DNA of 64,000 nt from Eledone cirrhosa (Eukaryota): contig OZ024740.1 in NCBI GenBank assembly GCA_964016885.1, positions 385,268,001 through 385,332,000 of the forward strand, given 5' to 3'. This document shows positions 29,918 to 47,699 of the stretch, piece after piece (the first letter of the stretch is position 1; each line of letters opens with the position of its first letter). The notes under the pieces were generated by a model. The model searched no databases. It worked only from the letters and a program-made list of their open reading frames with translations, and had not been told where the DNA came from. The position numbers were made by a program, and so were the translations under genes.

Positions 29918-30797
29918 GTACCTAGGTGACCGAATTAGCAACGGAGGTGGGTGCTCAGAAAGTACAATAACTAGGGTAAGAACGGGATGGAAGAAGTTTA
30001 GGAAACTACTACCACTGCTAGCTGCAAAAGGCTTCTCCCTCAGAATGAAAGGCAGACTGTATGATGCGTGTATCCGAACAGCGATGTTGCATGGTAGTGA
30101 GACCTGGGCGCTGAAGGTGGAAGACTTACGTAGATTAGAAAGAAACGAAGCCTGCATGCTCCGATGGATGTGTAACAGTAATATACGTGAACGACAAAGC
30201 ATAAATGAATTGAGAGAGAGACTGAGCATAAGAGGAATCAAATGCTGCGTGCAGGAGAGGCGGTTACGCTGGTATGGACATGTGATGCGTATGAAGGATG
30301 ACAGCTGCATAAAAAGGTGCAGAGCACTAGAAGTTGATGGAAACCGCGGAGTGGGGAGACCCAAGATGACTTGGGATGAGGTAATAAAAGCCGACCTTAC
30401 CCAACTACACCTCTCAAAGTCAATGACACACGACCGTGACTTCTGGCGTCACGCAGTAATACAGGGTACCCGACCTCCCATGGGTACATGCTGAAGCATA
30501 TAAACAATATGCCCCCCCCCCCCCCCCCCCCACTGCAAGGTGGTCGTGGAGGTGCCACGGCAAAAAGAGCACCCCAGCCCACACTGTAAAGTGGACGTGT
30601 AGGCGCCACGAAAAAGCACCCAGCACTCACTGTAAATGAGGTTGGTGTTAGGAAGGGCATCCAGCTGTAGAAATCAATCCAGATCAGTTCCTGTATGAGC
30701 AAGGCATGGTCAGCCGACCAGACACTGCCCACAACAGGACAACCCCGTCTAACCCATGCTAGCGTGGAAGAACGGACGTAAAACGGTGATGATGATG
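29918..30797 (+). mobile_element. 5'-truncated RTE LINE (ORF C-terminus, 3'UTR, (GAT)n tail), related to 26379-28620 in opposite orientation
   Basis: YLGDRISNGGGCSE...LHGSETW...RRLRWYGHVMRM...GRPKMTW, stop at 30494; 3'UTR ends GGTGATGATGATG. Confidence 0.92.
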
Positions 30798-30802
30798 TAC
30801 AT

Positions 30803-30993
30803 ATAGGAACCAGTAAGACCCCGACGGCTGAGCTCAAGCCGTTTCGACGGCTAATTCTGAATTAGCCGTTGAAACGGCTTGAGCTCAGCCGTCGGGGTCT
30901 TACTGGTTCCTATTACCCAATCTACTACACACCAAGTATTGAGTACTTTGGTGCGTTATGGTCCACCTGGTTCCTTACCACATTTCCTTCGTT
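30803..30993 (+). mobile_element. Penelope-like terminal module starting with a 111-bp fold-back palindrome (30803-30913)
   Basis: 55-bp arms, 1-nt spacer, 1 mismatch. Followed by the TATTGAGTAC motif. Inverted copy at 35017-35229. Confidence 0.6.
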
Positions 30994-31512
30994 ATATGTA
31001 CATATATAAATATGTGTGTATATATATGTGTGTATATATATGTGTGTTTATATATATGTGTGTATATATATATATGTATGTATATATATATATATAACAT
31101 ATATAACCAAAAGATTAGTAAGGTTCGTTGATTACTCAACGAATACAATTTTACAATAGATTAGAAGCACTCAACAAAGAAATTCCTTTGTTCCCTTTTA
31201 CTTTCCCACACCTTCCCTCTCTTTTGTCGTTATTCCTCTTTTCTTTTTTATATATTTCTTTATTTCTTTTATTCATTCATCCATTTATTTTTTTATTAAT
31301 TTATCTATTTATGTATGTATTCATTTATTTATTTCTTGCCTTTCCTCTTCTTTGCACCCCCTCTTATATCTCGAATTTGATCTACGTCCTTTTCTTCTTT
31401 AAGTTTATCATATTATTTGTGGTATAAAAACGTTGAGATTTGATGAAATAAATCACTGCCAATACTGGAATTGAAATATCAAGACCGTAGCGGTATGTAA
31501 TATATCAAATTA

Positions 31513-31582
31513 TATATTTTGTCTGATGAGGATGTACTGAATAAACAACACAGTGCCTTTGAAATATATATAATATAGTATA
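31513..31582 (+). ncRNA. Type I minimal hammerhead ribozyme inside Penelope-like remnant of about 31097-31625
   Basis: Stem I TATATTTTGT/ATATAGTATA. CTGATGA 31523-31529. Stem II GGATGTACTG...CAGTGCCTTT. GAAA 31561-31564, then TATATATA. Upstream CACTGCC..CGGTATG motif as at 9389-9436. Confidence 0.75.
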
Positions 31583-31624
31583 TATTTTGATTATTAGAAT
31601 ATTTTTCATTTATTAACATTTTGA

Positions 31625-38918
<7,294 letters not shown>

Positions 38919-39702
38919 ACACCCATACACACACATAAAAACCCCCACACCTACAACACCCTCCCCATTTCTACTAATAGAACCACTTTCCTACACACAT
39001 ATATATATACACACACACAAAAAATATATATTCTCTCTATCTAACATACTCGCACACACACACATAACACCCATATACACACACAACTCCCTCCCCCATC
39101 TCTACTAATAGAATCATCTTCCAATACACACATACACACACACACATATACACACACACACATATACACACACACAAGCACACAAATAAACACATATCTT
39201 CAGTCTCAATAGAAAATCTGAACTCTGACACCTGAACTCTGACACCTGAACTCTGACAGCTGGCCATATTCACTGAACCAGAACATTTCTCCCAATCCCT
39301 TTTCCCTTGACCACTATCTCTCCATTGTCATAACGTTCACTATAAAGACTACAGAATAGTTTTCCAAATAAGGGCGCAAAAATGTAATGAAAACTTGTTC
39401 ACGTGACAGCCAAATTTCATTTATAACCAACCAAAAAAAAGCCTTCGTGAGCCTCATTTTTTCAAGTAAAAAGAAATTCAAACACTCATATATGAAAAAA
39501 TAACCTGTGACAACCCCCCCCCTCTCTTATTTGAAGAACTATTGTAACGCGAACTGGCGCGAAATTTATTATAATTATTGACAAACCAATCAAATTACTT
39601 CTCGAAAAACCTGGTTTTCGAGCCAGTTTTTCCATATAAAACAAGTAACATTTAGAGACCAACCAGATGTGAGAAAAACCACAGACCCTCCATCTCAACT
39701 CA

Positions 39703-39740
39703 CCTTTTGAAAAGCAGAAGAACTGCGAAACCGGTAAAGG
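39703..39740 (+). ncRNA. Minimal hammerhead ribozyme, U3-A8 covariant, inside remnant of about 38919-39880
   Basis: CCTT-TTGAAAA-GCAG-AAGAA-CTGC-GAAA-CCGG-TA-AAGG: stem I CCTT/AAGG, stem II GCAG/CTGC, palindromic ACCGGT helix III, GUA cleavage triplet. AATAAA 5 nt downstream. Confidence 0.75.
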
Positions 39741-39877
39741 AACCAAATAAATATATATATTTTTAAAAAAAATAAGACTTCAGTTGCATTTTCGATTTCA
39801 TCCCTTTTTCTTTATACTTCCACTCGTGTAGGACACCTCGGTTATTTTTCATTTTGTAAAAAAAACCTCACTTTCTA

Positions 39878-39930
<53 letters not shown>

Positions 39931-40712
39931 TATTTTCACTGTATGATTCCTTCATAGGAGACAACACACACACGTGCTTTCTATTTTTGTTTGTCTACCA
40001 TACAGAGCATTTTGGTTTAACTTAAGCAGATCTTGTATTAATTTTGATTTTTCTGAGTAACATAATTTAATTTGATATAATCTTGTTTGATTTTGTATAA
40101 TCTTATCTGTATTTGACTCGATTTCGTTGTTTCTTGTATGATATGCTGATATTACAATAACTTCGTATATTTGTAAACAAACATTTACATTTACATTAGC
40201 TTATATATACAACTTACATCGTGTTTCTATATCTCTGTTTCCGGTTTCTTCCATTCATTAATTTAAATTTAAAAATTTATTTTTATATTTATGAACTGTT
40301 GTTGCTCACGCTGTCTCTATATCTCTCCTTCCTTCCTCTCTCTCTCTCTCTCCCTCTCTCTCTCTCCCTCTCTCGATCAACGAGCTCTCTTTCTCCCTCT
40401 CTCTCTCTCTCGATCAACGAGCTCTCTTTCTCCCTCTCTCTCGATCGAGCTCTCTTTCTCCCTCTCTCTCGATCGAGCTCTCTCTCTTTCTCTCTCTATC
40501 TATCTCCTCTCTCTCCCTCTGACCTTCCCCCCCACTCTCCCCGCTATCTCTCTCGCTCCCCTCTCCTGTCTCCCCCTTTTCTTTTCTTTTCTTCTGTTTC
40601 TCTTTCTTTTTCTCTCGCTGGAGTTATATCCCTATCTCCCTCCCTCACTCTGTCCCTCTCTAACCTCTACCCTACACTTCCCACTGTCTCTCTTTCTCCC
40701 CTCCACAGCGAA

Positions 40713-41660
40713 ATGGACTGCATGCAGGAAAAATGTGAAATCAGGAGTCAGCGAAACTGGTCGAAGATGGAACTAGCGGTTTTGATCAAGGGGTGGACTA
40801 TGGCTGATGGGTCTCCACCAAGCAAAAAGATGGCGGAGAACCTGAAGAGCCATGGGTTTCTGAGGACCCTGGCACAGATAGAGAGAAAGAGAAAAGAAAT
40901 TGAGAAGGCGTATTTCCTCATGGCGCCTCATATGGCGATGCTAAGCCGTGTCCTCAGGGAGGAGAAAACCGAAGGGAGGGATGAGGAGAGGGAGAGGGAG
41001 GAGGAGGAGGAAAGGGAAAAAGAAAAGGAGGAGAGCACAAGCACGGACCTGAAAGAAAATGATATACCCTCCGCTACAGGCAGGGAGAGCAGGCCGGGCA
41101 ACCAACAAGCTAAGGGCAAAGGTGAAAAGCGAAATCACCTTCCGAAGGAGAACCAAGCGCAGAGGGACCAGTGGACAACTGTTCAAAGAAAGAACAGAAA
41201 GCACCGAGACACTGGGAGCAAAAAACCCCAAGTAATGTGCAAGTTTTTCAAGAACGGGACATGCTGGCATGGAGAGACAGGGATGGGATGCAGATTCGCC
41301 CACCCTAGGTCTCAAACGAACTATGCCCATCATACTCGCGCAACATGCCCCAGCCTAAGCCGAAATAAGCCGCTCCAGAAGTATGCTGATGTCGCGCGTG
41401 CTGCACCAACAAGGAGAAGGCACGCACATGCCGACGAGATACAGATGGCAGCAGCAGATCAGAAAAATTTTTTAGTGATGGCAGAGAAGATTGTGGGACA
41501 GCTGACCTGGCTGCATCGTCTCCAGAGCCAGGGTCATCCACACCAGCACTCGAGACCACCGCAGTTAAGGGACCCAGAGTGGCCGCCGCTGACACCAGAC
41601 CAGGTGTCATACCGACAGCCATTACTGGCACCCCAAAAGTCACACCAGTGCTGCTGCTGA
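40713..41660 (+). CDS. LINE ORF1 protein (315 aa) with Myb/SANT-like N-terminus, acidic linker and CCCH zinc finger
   Basis: WSKMELAVLIKGW...AENLKSHGFLRTLAQIERKRKEIEKAY and CKFFKNGTCWHGETGMGCRFAHP. ATG 40713 is the first in-frame ATG after the CT-rich tract. Confidence 0.75.
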   Translation: MDCMQEKCEIRSQRNWSKMELAVLIKGWTMADGSPPSKKMAENLKSHGFLRTLAQIERKRKEIEKAYFLMAPHMAMLSRVLREEKTEGRDEEREREEEEEREKEKEESTSTDLKENDIPSATGRESRPGNQQAKGKGEKRNHLPKENQAQRDQWTTVQRKNRKHRDTGSKKPQVMCKFFKNGTCWHGETGMGCRFAHPRSQTNYAHHTRATCPSLSRNKPLQKYADVARAAPTRRRHAHADEIQMAAADQKNFLVMAEKIVGQLTWLHRLQSQGHPHQHSRPPQLRDPEWPPLTPDQVSYRQPLLAPQKSHQCCC

Positions 41661-42528
41661 ATGTCAGGGGCCTGGTGAAACTCAGCAACATGAGTAAAAT
41701 TTCCTACCTGGGAGACTTAGCCATAAGCAATCAAGCACTATGCATGGCACTAACCGAAACGCACCTGACAAGCAGTATAGCAGATGCAGAAATACATATA
41801 CCGAAATATACTGTATTTCGTTCGGACAGGAAGGAGAGAACCCATGGTGGGTTGCTCTGTATATCCGTGAAGATGTCACACCAATTGTACTGTTGACACA
41901 TTCAAACTCAGTCTGTGACACACTGATAATACATATGAAGCAACTACAGACGGTAATATGTGTCACATATCGGCCGCCCGATGCCCCCAGTCATGAGGGT
42001 AAATTTGAGGATAGCCTAAGTAGGATAGAAGAGGTCCTTGACAAACTGGACCAGGGTCTCAACATCCTACTGCTGGGAGACTTCAACCTACCAAAGGTCA
42101 AATGGCCTGTGGGCCACCTCCTCCCTGGAATGACGTCAATAGAACAGAGACAGACGGAATCCCTGCTGGTCCTCACACACAGGCTGTTCATGGAGCAAGC
42201 AATACTCCTCCCAACAAGAGGCGAAAATGTCCTGGACCTCTGTTTTACAAACAACGAAGTGCTCATCCGCAATGTAAAGGTGACACCAACAATTCTCTCG
42301 GATCATAACTTGGTAGAGCTAATGATATGTGGTCCAAGAGAACCAACAGAGACAAAACCACCAAGAAGCTCCGGGACGCTATCCAGCCTTAACTTCTGCG
42401 GGGCTGACTGGAAGAAGATTAAGAGTGAAATCCGGAAGCAAACATGGAGTGCAAACATCGCCACACAAGACACTAACACACAATTTCAACACTTCATGAC
42501 AACGATACACACCATATGCAAAAAGTGA
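41474..42528 (+). pseudogene. LINE ORF2 APE endonuclease domain (1-bp frameshift near 41850, break near 42528)
   Basis: LLLNVRGL, LTETHL, FRSDR...HGG/VALYIRE, YRPP, LLGDFNLP, TRGENVLDLCFTN, SDHNLV. Confidence 0.88.
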
Positions 42529-42577
42529 CACAAAAAACAGACACAAAAATCTTATTCCCAGAGATAGGAAAATCCTT

Positions 42578-44608
42578 ATGAGACGTAGAACTAAACTCTC
42601 AAACCAGTTGAATAGTCAACAAAACCAAAACAAGAAGGAATCCTATTTGAAACGTGCACTACTTGACACCGAGATTACACTCAAGCTTTCACATGAGAAT
42701 GAGAGGGCAAGGAAAGAGAACAGGGCCATAGAAAACATTAAAACAAACCCTAAGGCCTTCTTTAAATTTGCAAAAGAAACTGCCTCAGTACACTGCAAGA
42801 TTGGACCACTCTTCCACACGGACGGTTCATTAACCGAAAATCCCCAAGAGATATGTGAAATACTGAACGAACAGTACAAAAGTGTCTTCACATGTCCACT
42901 GAGGCACATCCAAGTAACGAAGCCAGAGGAGTTCTTTGATGCCACAACACTACACCAAGAAATGGCAACCATCAACCACATAGACATAACGGAGGAGGAT
43001 GTGGTGTCCGCCATTGATGAAATTAGAACAGACTCGGCTGCTGGACCTGATGGATTCCCAGCAGTTCTCCTAAAAATATGTAAGCGGGCCTTAGCAACTC
43101 CACTGAAGATGCTCTTCAGAAGCTCCTTGGCTAGCGGTGTACTACCCAGGGAGCTGAAAGAAGGCACAATATGCCCTATCCATAAAGGAGGTAGTAGAGC
43201 GGAGGCCAAGAACTATAGGCCAGTCTCCCTGACGTCGCATATCAGTAAGGTCATGGAGCGAGTCGTCAGAAAGAAGCTAATCACTTTCCTCGAAGAAAAT
43301 GACCGCCTGACTAGCACGCAACATGGCTTCCGCCCAGGAAGAAGCTGCCTTACACAGCTGCTACATCACTACGACTGGGTACTGAGACAACTACTAGACA
43401 GCTCACATGTAGACGTGATATATCTTGACTTTGCGAAGGCCTTTGACAAGGTCGACCACGGAATGATATGTCACAAACTACACGGACTCGGCATAACTGG
43501 AAAAGTAGGTGAGTGGCTGCATGGCTTCCTAAGTGACAGAAGCCAGGCAGTCGCAGCAAATGGGGCCCTCTCGAGGGAAACACCGATAACAAGTGGGGTG
43601 CCTCAGGGGACAGTCCTGGGACCACTACTGTTTTTGGTGGCTCTCTCGGACATGCCCTCAGTGGTGCATGCAACAACATCCCTCACTAGCTATGCTGATG
43701 ACACTAAGGTAGCACAGGCAATCAAAAACCCGGCTGACGCTGCCCTCTTACAGCAGGATCTGGATGCCATATACAGATGGGCGGAAGAAAACAACATGCA
43801 GTTTAATGCTGGCAAATTCCAAGCCCTACAATACAAACCTGCAAACACAAACACAAATATAGCGGAACACAGCTACACAGGACCAGGAGGGACCGATATC
43901 CCCGTGTCAAAATCGATACGAGACCTGGGCATAGACATGAGCGATGATGCATCTTTTTCTTCACACATCATGAAGGTGGCGACAGCATGTAGACGATTCG
44001 CTGGCTGGATCTTGAGGACTGTACTTACAAGAGATCGAGACACCATGTTGACACTGTGGAGGACTTTTGTCCTAAGCCGCCTGGACTACTGCTCCCAGGT
44101 GTGGTCACCCCATAGTGTCAAACTAACCACGGAGCTTGAGGCAATCCAGCGAAGCTACACCAAGAGGATTGCCAAGATGAGGGAGACAAGCTACTGGGAG
44201 AGGCTGAAGGAACTGAACCTCTACTCCTTGGAGCGAAGACGGGAGAGATACGCAGTGATCTACATGTGGAAAATCCTGGAGGGACTAGCACCAAACTTTG
44301 GCACTGGGAGCTGGACCAACCGTCGAACAGGACGTCACTGTGTGGTGCCAAAAGTCCCGTCTTCCACATCTAGAATAAGGAGCAGGTATTGCAATAGCCT
44401 GGGATTCAAGGGCCCTCAACTCTTCAACAGGCTGCCGAGGCATCTGCGAGACTTGCATGACGTGGAGGTGGATGTCTTTAAGAAACATCTCGACACCTTG
44501 TTATCCAGGATCCCGGATGAGCCCACAGCAAGACACGAGGGAAACCTAAGGGCAGCAGCAACAAACTCCCTCCTACACCAGTGGCCAACCTATACAGGCT
44601 GGAGATAA
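42578..44608 (+). CDS. LINE ORF2 reverse transcriptase portion (676 aa open)
   Basis: [87 protein letters not shown] (CR1-type C-terminus). Confidence 0.95.
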   Translation: MRRRTKLSNQLNSQQNQNKKESYLKRALLDTEITLKLSHENERARKENRAIENIKTNPKAFFKFAKETASVHCKIGPLFHTDGSLTENPQEICEILNEQYKSVFTCPLRHIQVTKPEEFFDATTLHQEMATINHIDITEEDVVSAIDEIRTDSAAGPDGFPAVLLKICKRALATPLKMLFRSSLASGVLPRELKEGTICPIHKGGSRAEAKNYRPVSLTSHISKVMERVVRKKLITFLEENDRLTSTQHGFRPGRSCLTQLLHHYDWVLRQLLDSSHVDVIYLDFAKAFDKVDHGMICHKLHGLGITGKVGEWLHGFLSDRSQAVAANGALSRETPITSGVPQGTVLGPLLFLVALSDMPSVVHATTSLTSYADDTKVAQAIKNPADAALLQQDLDAIYRWAEENNMQFNAGKFQALQYKPANTNTNIAEHSYTGPGGTDIPVSKSIRDLGIDMSDDASFSSHIMKVATACRRFAGWILRTVLTRDRDTMLTLWRTFVLSRLDYCSQVWSPHSVKLTTELEAIQRSYTKRIAKMRETSYWERLKELNLYSLERRRERYAVIYMWKILEGLAPNFGTGSWTNRRTGRHCVVPKVPSSTSRIRSRYCNSLGFKGPQLFNRLPRHLRDLHDVEVDVFKKHLDTLLSRIPDEPTARHEGNLRAAATNSLLHQWPTYTGWR

Positions 44609-44677
44609 AATGTGTAGCAACAAGGGCGGTGCCCCAGCATGGCCTCAGCCGAATGGCTGAAACAGGTAAAAGAGTAA

Positions 44678-44783
44678 TATATATATGTATATATGTATAT
44701 ATATATATGTATATATGTATAGGTATATATGTATATATATATATATGTATATATATATATGTATATATGTATAGGTATATATG

Positions 44784-44862
<79 letters not shown>

Positions 44863-44863
44863 G

Positions 44864-44935
<72 letters not shown>
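44678..44935. repeat. (TA)n-variant microsatellite
   Basis: Direct inspection. Confidence 0.95.
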
Positions 44936-44938
<3 letters not shown>

Positions 44939-45979
44939 GAAGCAATTGTTCTCGGTATGGTGAACTAACTGTTGTGTAACCACTTCTACCTAACTCGTCC
45001 CATGGACTGAGAGCTCTACCACTACGGATGTTACCTTCCAGTGTTCTACCCCTATATATATATATATAACTGATATGTTACGGCCAGTATTGGCCCAGGC
45101 CATGTCTATCTTAATATCACCACCTGGCGAAGTCTTTCAAATCAGGATTTTTCGTGGAGGGAGAGGGGGAGTCGATTATATAGACCTCAGTGCGTTACTG
45201 GTACTTTATTTCATCATCCGTTTCTGGTACTTTATTTTATCATCTGTTAGGATGAAACGCAAAGCTAACCAGGGCGGAATTTGAACTCAGAACATAAAGG
45301 GAAGTAACTCCAGATTACAATGATGTGCCTTATATTGATTGAATCGAGCAATAGTAATCTAACACTGAATTTGTTGACTCTGTAGTAGGAAGAAAGTCAC
45401 TAGGGAGATAGTTGAGAGTTGGCAATGGCGTCTTTAGGTACGAAACTAACGTAAACTCTTTCAATACCATAATTAAACTTACAGACAGTTATTTCTTTTT
45501 TCAAATATTTAAAAAAATAATTTGCTGAGAGAGATTTAATTAATATAATTATCTTTCTAATTATTAAGCTAGTGTTAATAACTTAAAAGATCTTACATAA
45601 AAATATAATAGAAGGTTTTAGATATCTGAAATTAAGTAAGAGCTTTTACAAAACAGTATGCTATGATTTAGTGTAGAATTGGCTACGTTTCTTTCAGATT
45701 CAGTGACAGCGTAGTTATTTTCTCGGCTTGTTTAGCCCTGGGTGAGTCCTGAACGAGCAGACATATGATCAAGGATATTTCAACCATACCCATCCTGGCT
45801 CTTTGTCGGACACACTACACCCAGAACTCCGTCGTCATCTAGCATGTCCTTTTTAAAGACAATAGTGAGCAATTCGAGGAATATTTGGTTACTATCTTTA
45901 TATGGTTAAGCAGCGACAGACGCTGCTTCATCGGCTTATACAGCAGAAATAATGGAATTCCAGATTAAATACTTTACAG

Positions 45980-46123
45980 CAGTGATGCATACCTTTTCCA
46001 GAAAGTGGTCTACAAAATTTCGTGGACCACCAAATATATAATTTTAATTACATTATACAGCACAGAACACAAAATTCGTCATGGACCAATGGTGGTCCAT
46101 TTGGATCTTGTTATGCATCACTG
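45980..46123. mobile_element. Small hAT-like MITE
   Basis: 12-bp TIRs CAGTGATGCATA/TATGCATCACTG with internal GGACCA/TGGTCC repeats; the 8-bp TSD is only partly matched. Confidence 0.55.
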
Positions 46124-47553
46124 CTTGCTAAGACTTAGTTTTATCCTTCCTGATTCTGAGTTCAACTGGCTCTGAAACCCTTTTGTGATCAATATTAATA
46201 CTAGTTAATAATATTCAATGTTGACGTATGTAATCGACCGTACTTCTCACGTTTAACAAACCTGGCCTTGACACCGAAAAAAGAAATCGTTATTGTTGTA
46301 TCTGATAAAGTGAATGAATAACGTATTTCGGTCAACTAGTACAGCGGTTCTGTTTACTTCCCATGAAAAACATTTACATCACTATCGCTCCAGAAAAACA
46401 ACATATAAATAAAAAAAAAAAACCTTTACAAACCAGTGGGCTAGCTTGTATGTGGTCGCTCTACCTTCTAGAAATAGCAGCCACATCTCCATCAAATCAA
46501 GCTCTGCCATCTAGAATAGAAAAGATTTAATGTGGGTCATTCCAGTGGAATTCAACAGAGTCTGTCCGAGAGGTCAGGGATAATTTCCGAAATTTTGAAA
46601 ATATTCAAAATATTTTATTTTCAGAGATCTATTACTCCTAGTGGCTTTTATCCCATGCCTTTGGAACTTCATTTCCTTAATCTCCGGCATCTGAAGTCCA
46701 TTAGGCACCAAAAGCCAATTGCTTTAAGCTGGTCAATTTAAAAAAAAAATATTAACTGAAAATTTGAAAAATCACAAAGATCCGGATCTTGGGGAGCTAT
46801 TTAAAAAGAAACAACTGTTGAGTGACGGTTACTGAATAGAAACAACTGTTGAGCACCCCAGCTTCTCTAATCATGCAATATTACTTGGAAACTTTTCAGA
46901 ACACTTAATCTTAGTAACCTAAAGGCCTAATTTTCACGGGAGTGGGGGGGGGGGATAAAGTGGTAAAAGGGAAAAAGGGCAAAAATCGACAGTTTTTTTT
47001 TTTTTTTCATTTTAAACCATGATAATTGCTTATCACGAAGTTGAAACCATATAAAACTATACACACTCTGAAAGTGTACCTGGAGTTGACTCTAGTAAAA
47101 TAGACATAAAATATTTTAGACTCTGATAAGAATCTATTTGCGTCCCCTGAAAATGGCTCGAAATGGAAACTTCCGCTTTTGGGAGTAGTTCAGAGCCCCA
47201 AAAGGCAATGTGCGACAATTTGGAAATCTTCTAAATCTAAAAATTCTTGGACATTGACTTCTTGACTATACACAAATATTAATGTGATGGCACATGGGAA
47301 CAGTATGTGGCCATATATCACACTCTAAATATAAATCCACATGTCCAACATTTGGAAATCTTATGATTTGACAGCCAAGTTAAGCCCGGCTGTTGTAGTT
47401 GCATTTGATGAACCATTTCTTGCTGGTTCAACTGACAAAAAATGTGTCAATTGTGACAAACTGATGACATTGTCACTATGAACCATTTTTTCTTTGATTA
47501 GAAATTAAAACGTTCAAATGCTCACTCTAGTGCCAGATAATTATCTACCTTCT

Positions 47554-47619
47554 AAATAGCCGGCGGTTTGTAGGATTGACCAATTATAATTGGTCAATCC
47601 TACAAACCGCCGGCTATTT
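47554..47619. repeat. Perfect 66-bp spacerless palindrome
   Basis: AAATAGCCGGCGGTTTGTAGGATTGACCAATTA|TAATTGGTCAATCCTACAAACCGCCGGCTATTT. Confidence 0.95.
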
Positions 47620-47699
47620 TAATGTGGCACATTACTCAGTGAGACAAGCCAGAAAAATTAAGTAAGAAAAAGGAATTCTGTTAACCTCAGATACATTCT

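Larger units (their letters stand above)
40300..44677 (+). mobile_element. Near full-length CR1-group non-LTR retrotransposon (5' boundary approximate)
   Basis: CT-rich 5'UTR, ORF1, APE endonuclease plus RT ORF2, short 3'UTR GGCGGTGCCCCAGCATGGCC...TGAAACAGGTAAAAGAG running into (TA)n. Confidence 0.93.

Noticed and set aside
26379-30797. One LINE with a twin-priming inversion or a composite inverted-repeat element
   Set aside because: The two parts overlap in sequence, each has its own tail and they are clearly diverged, so they are independent insertions
40221-40712. N-terminal 164 aa (Leu/Ser-rich) of the 479-aa ORF
   Set aside because: Translation of the CT-rich 5'UTR from a GTG; the likely start is ATG 40713
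46530-47330. Possible DNA-transposon remnant
   Set aside because: No matching TIR pair or coding motif identified by eye
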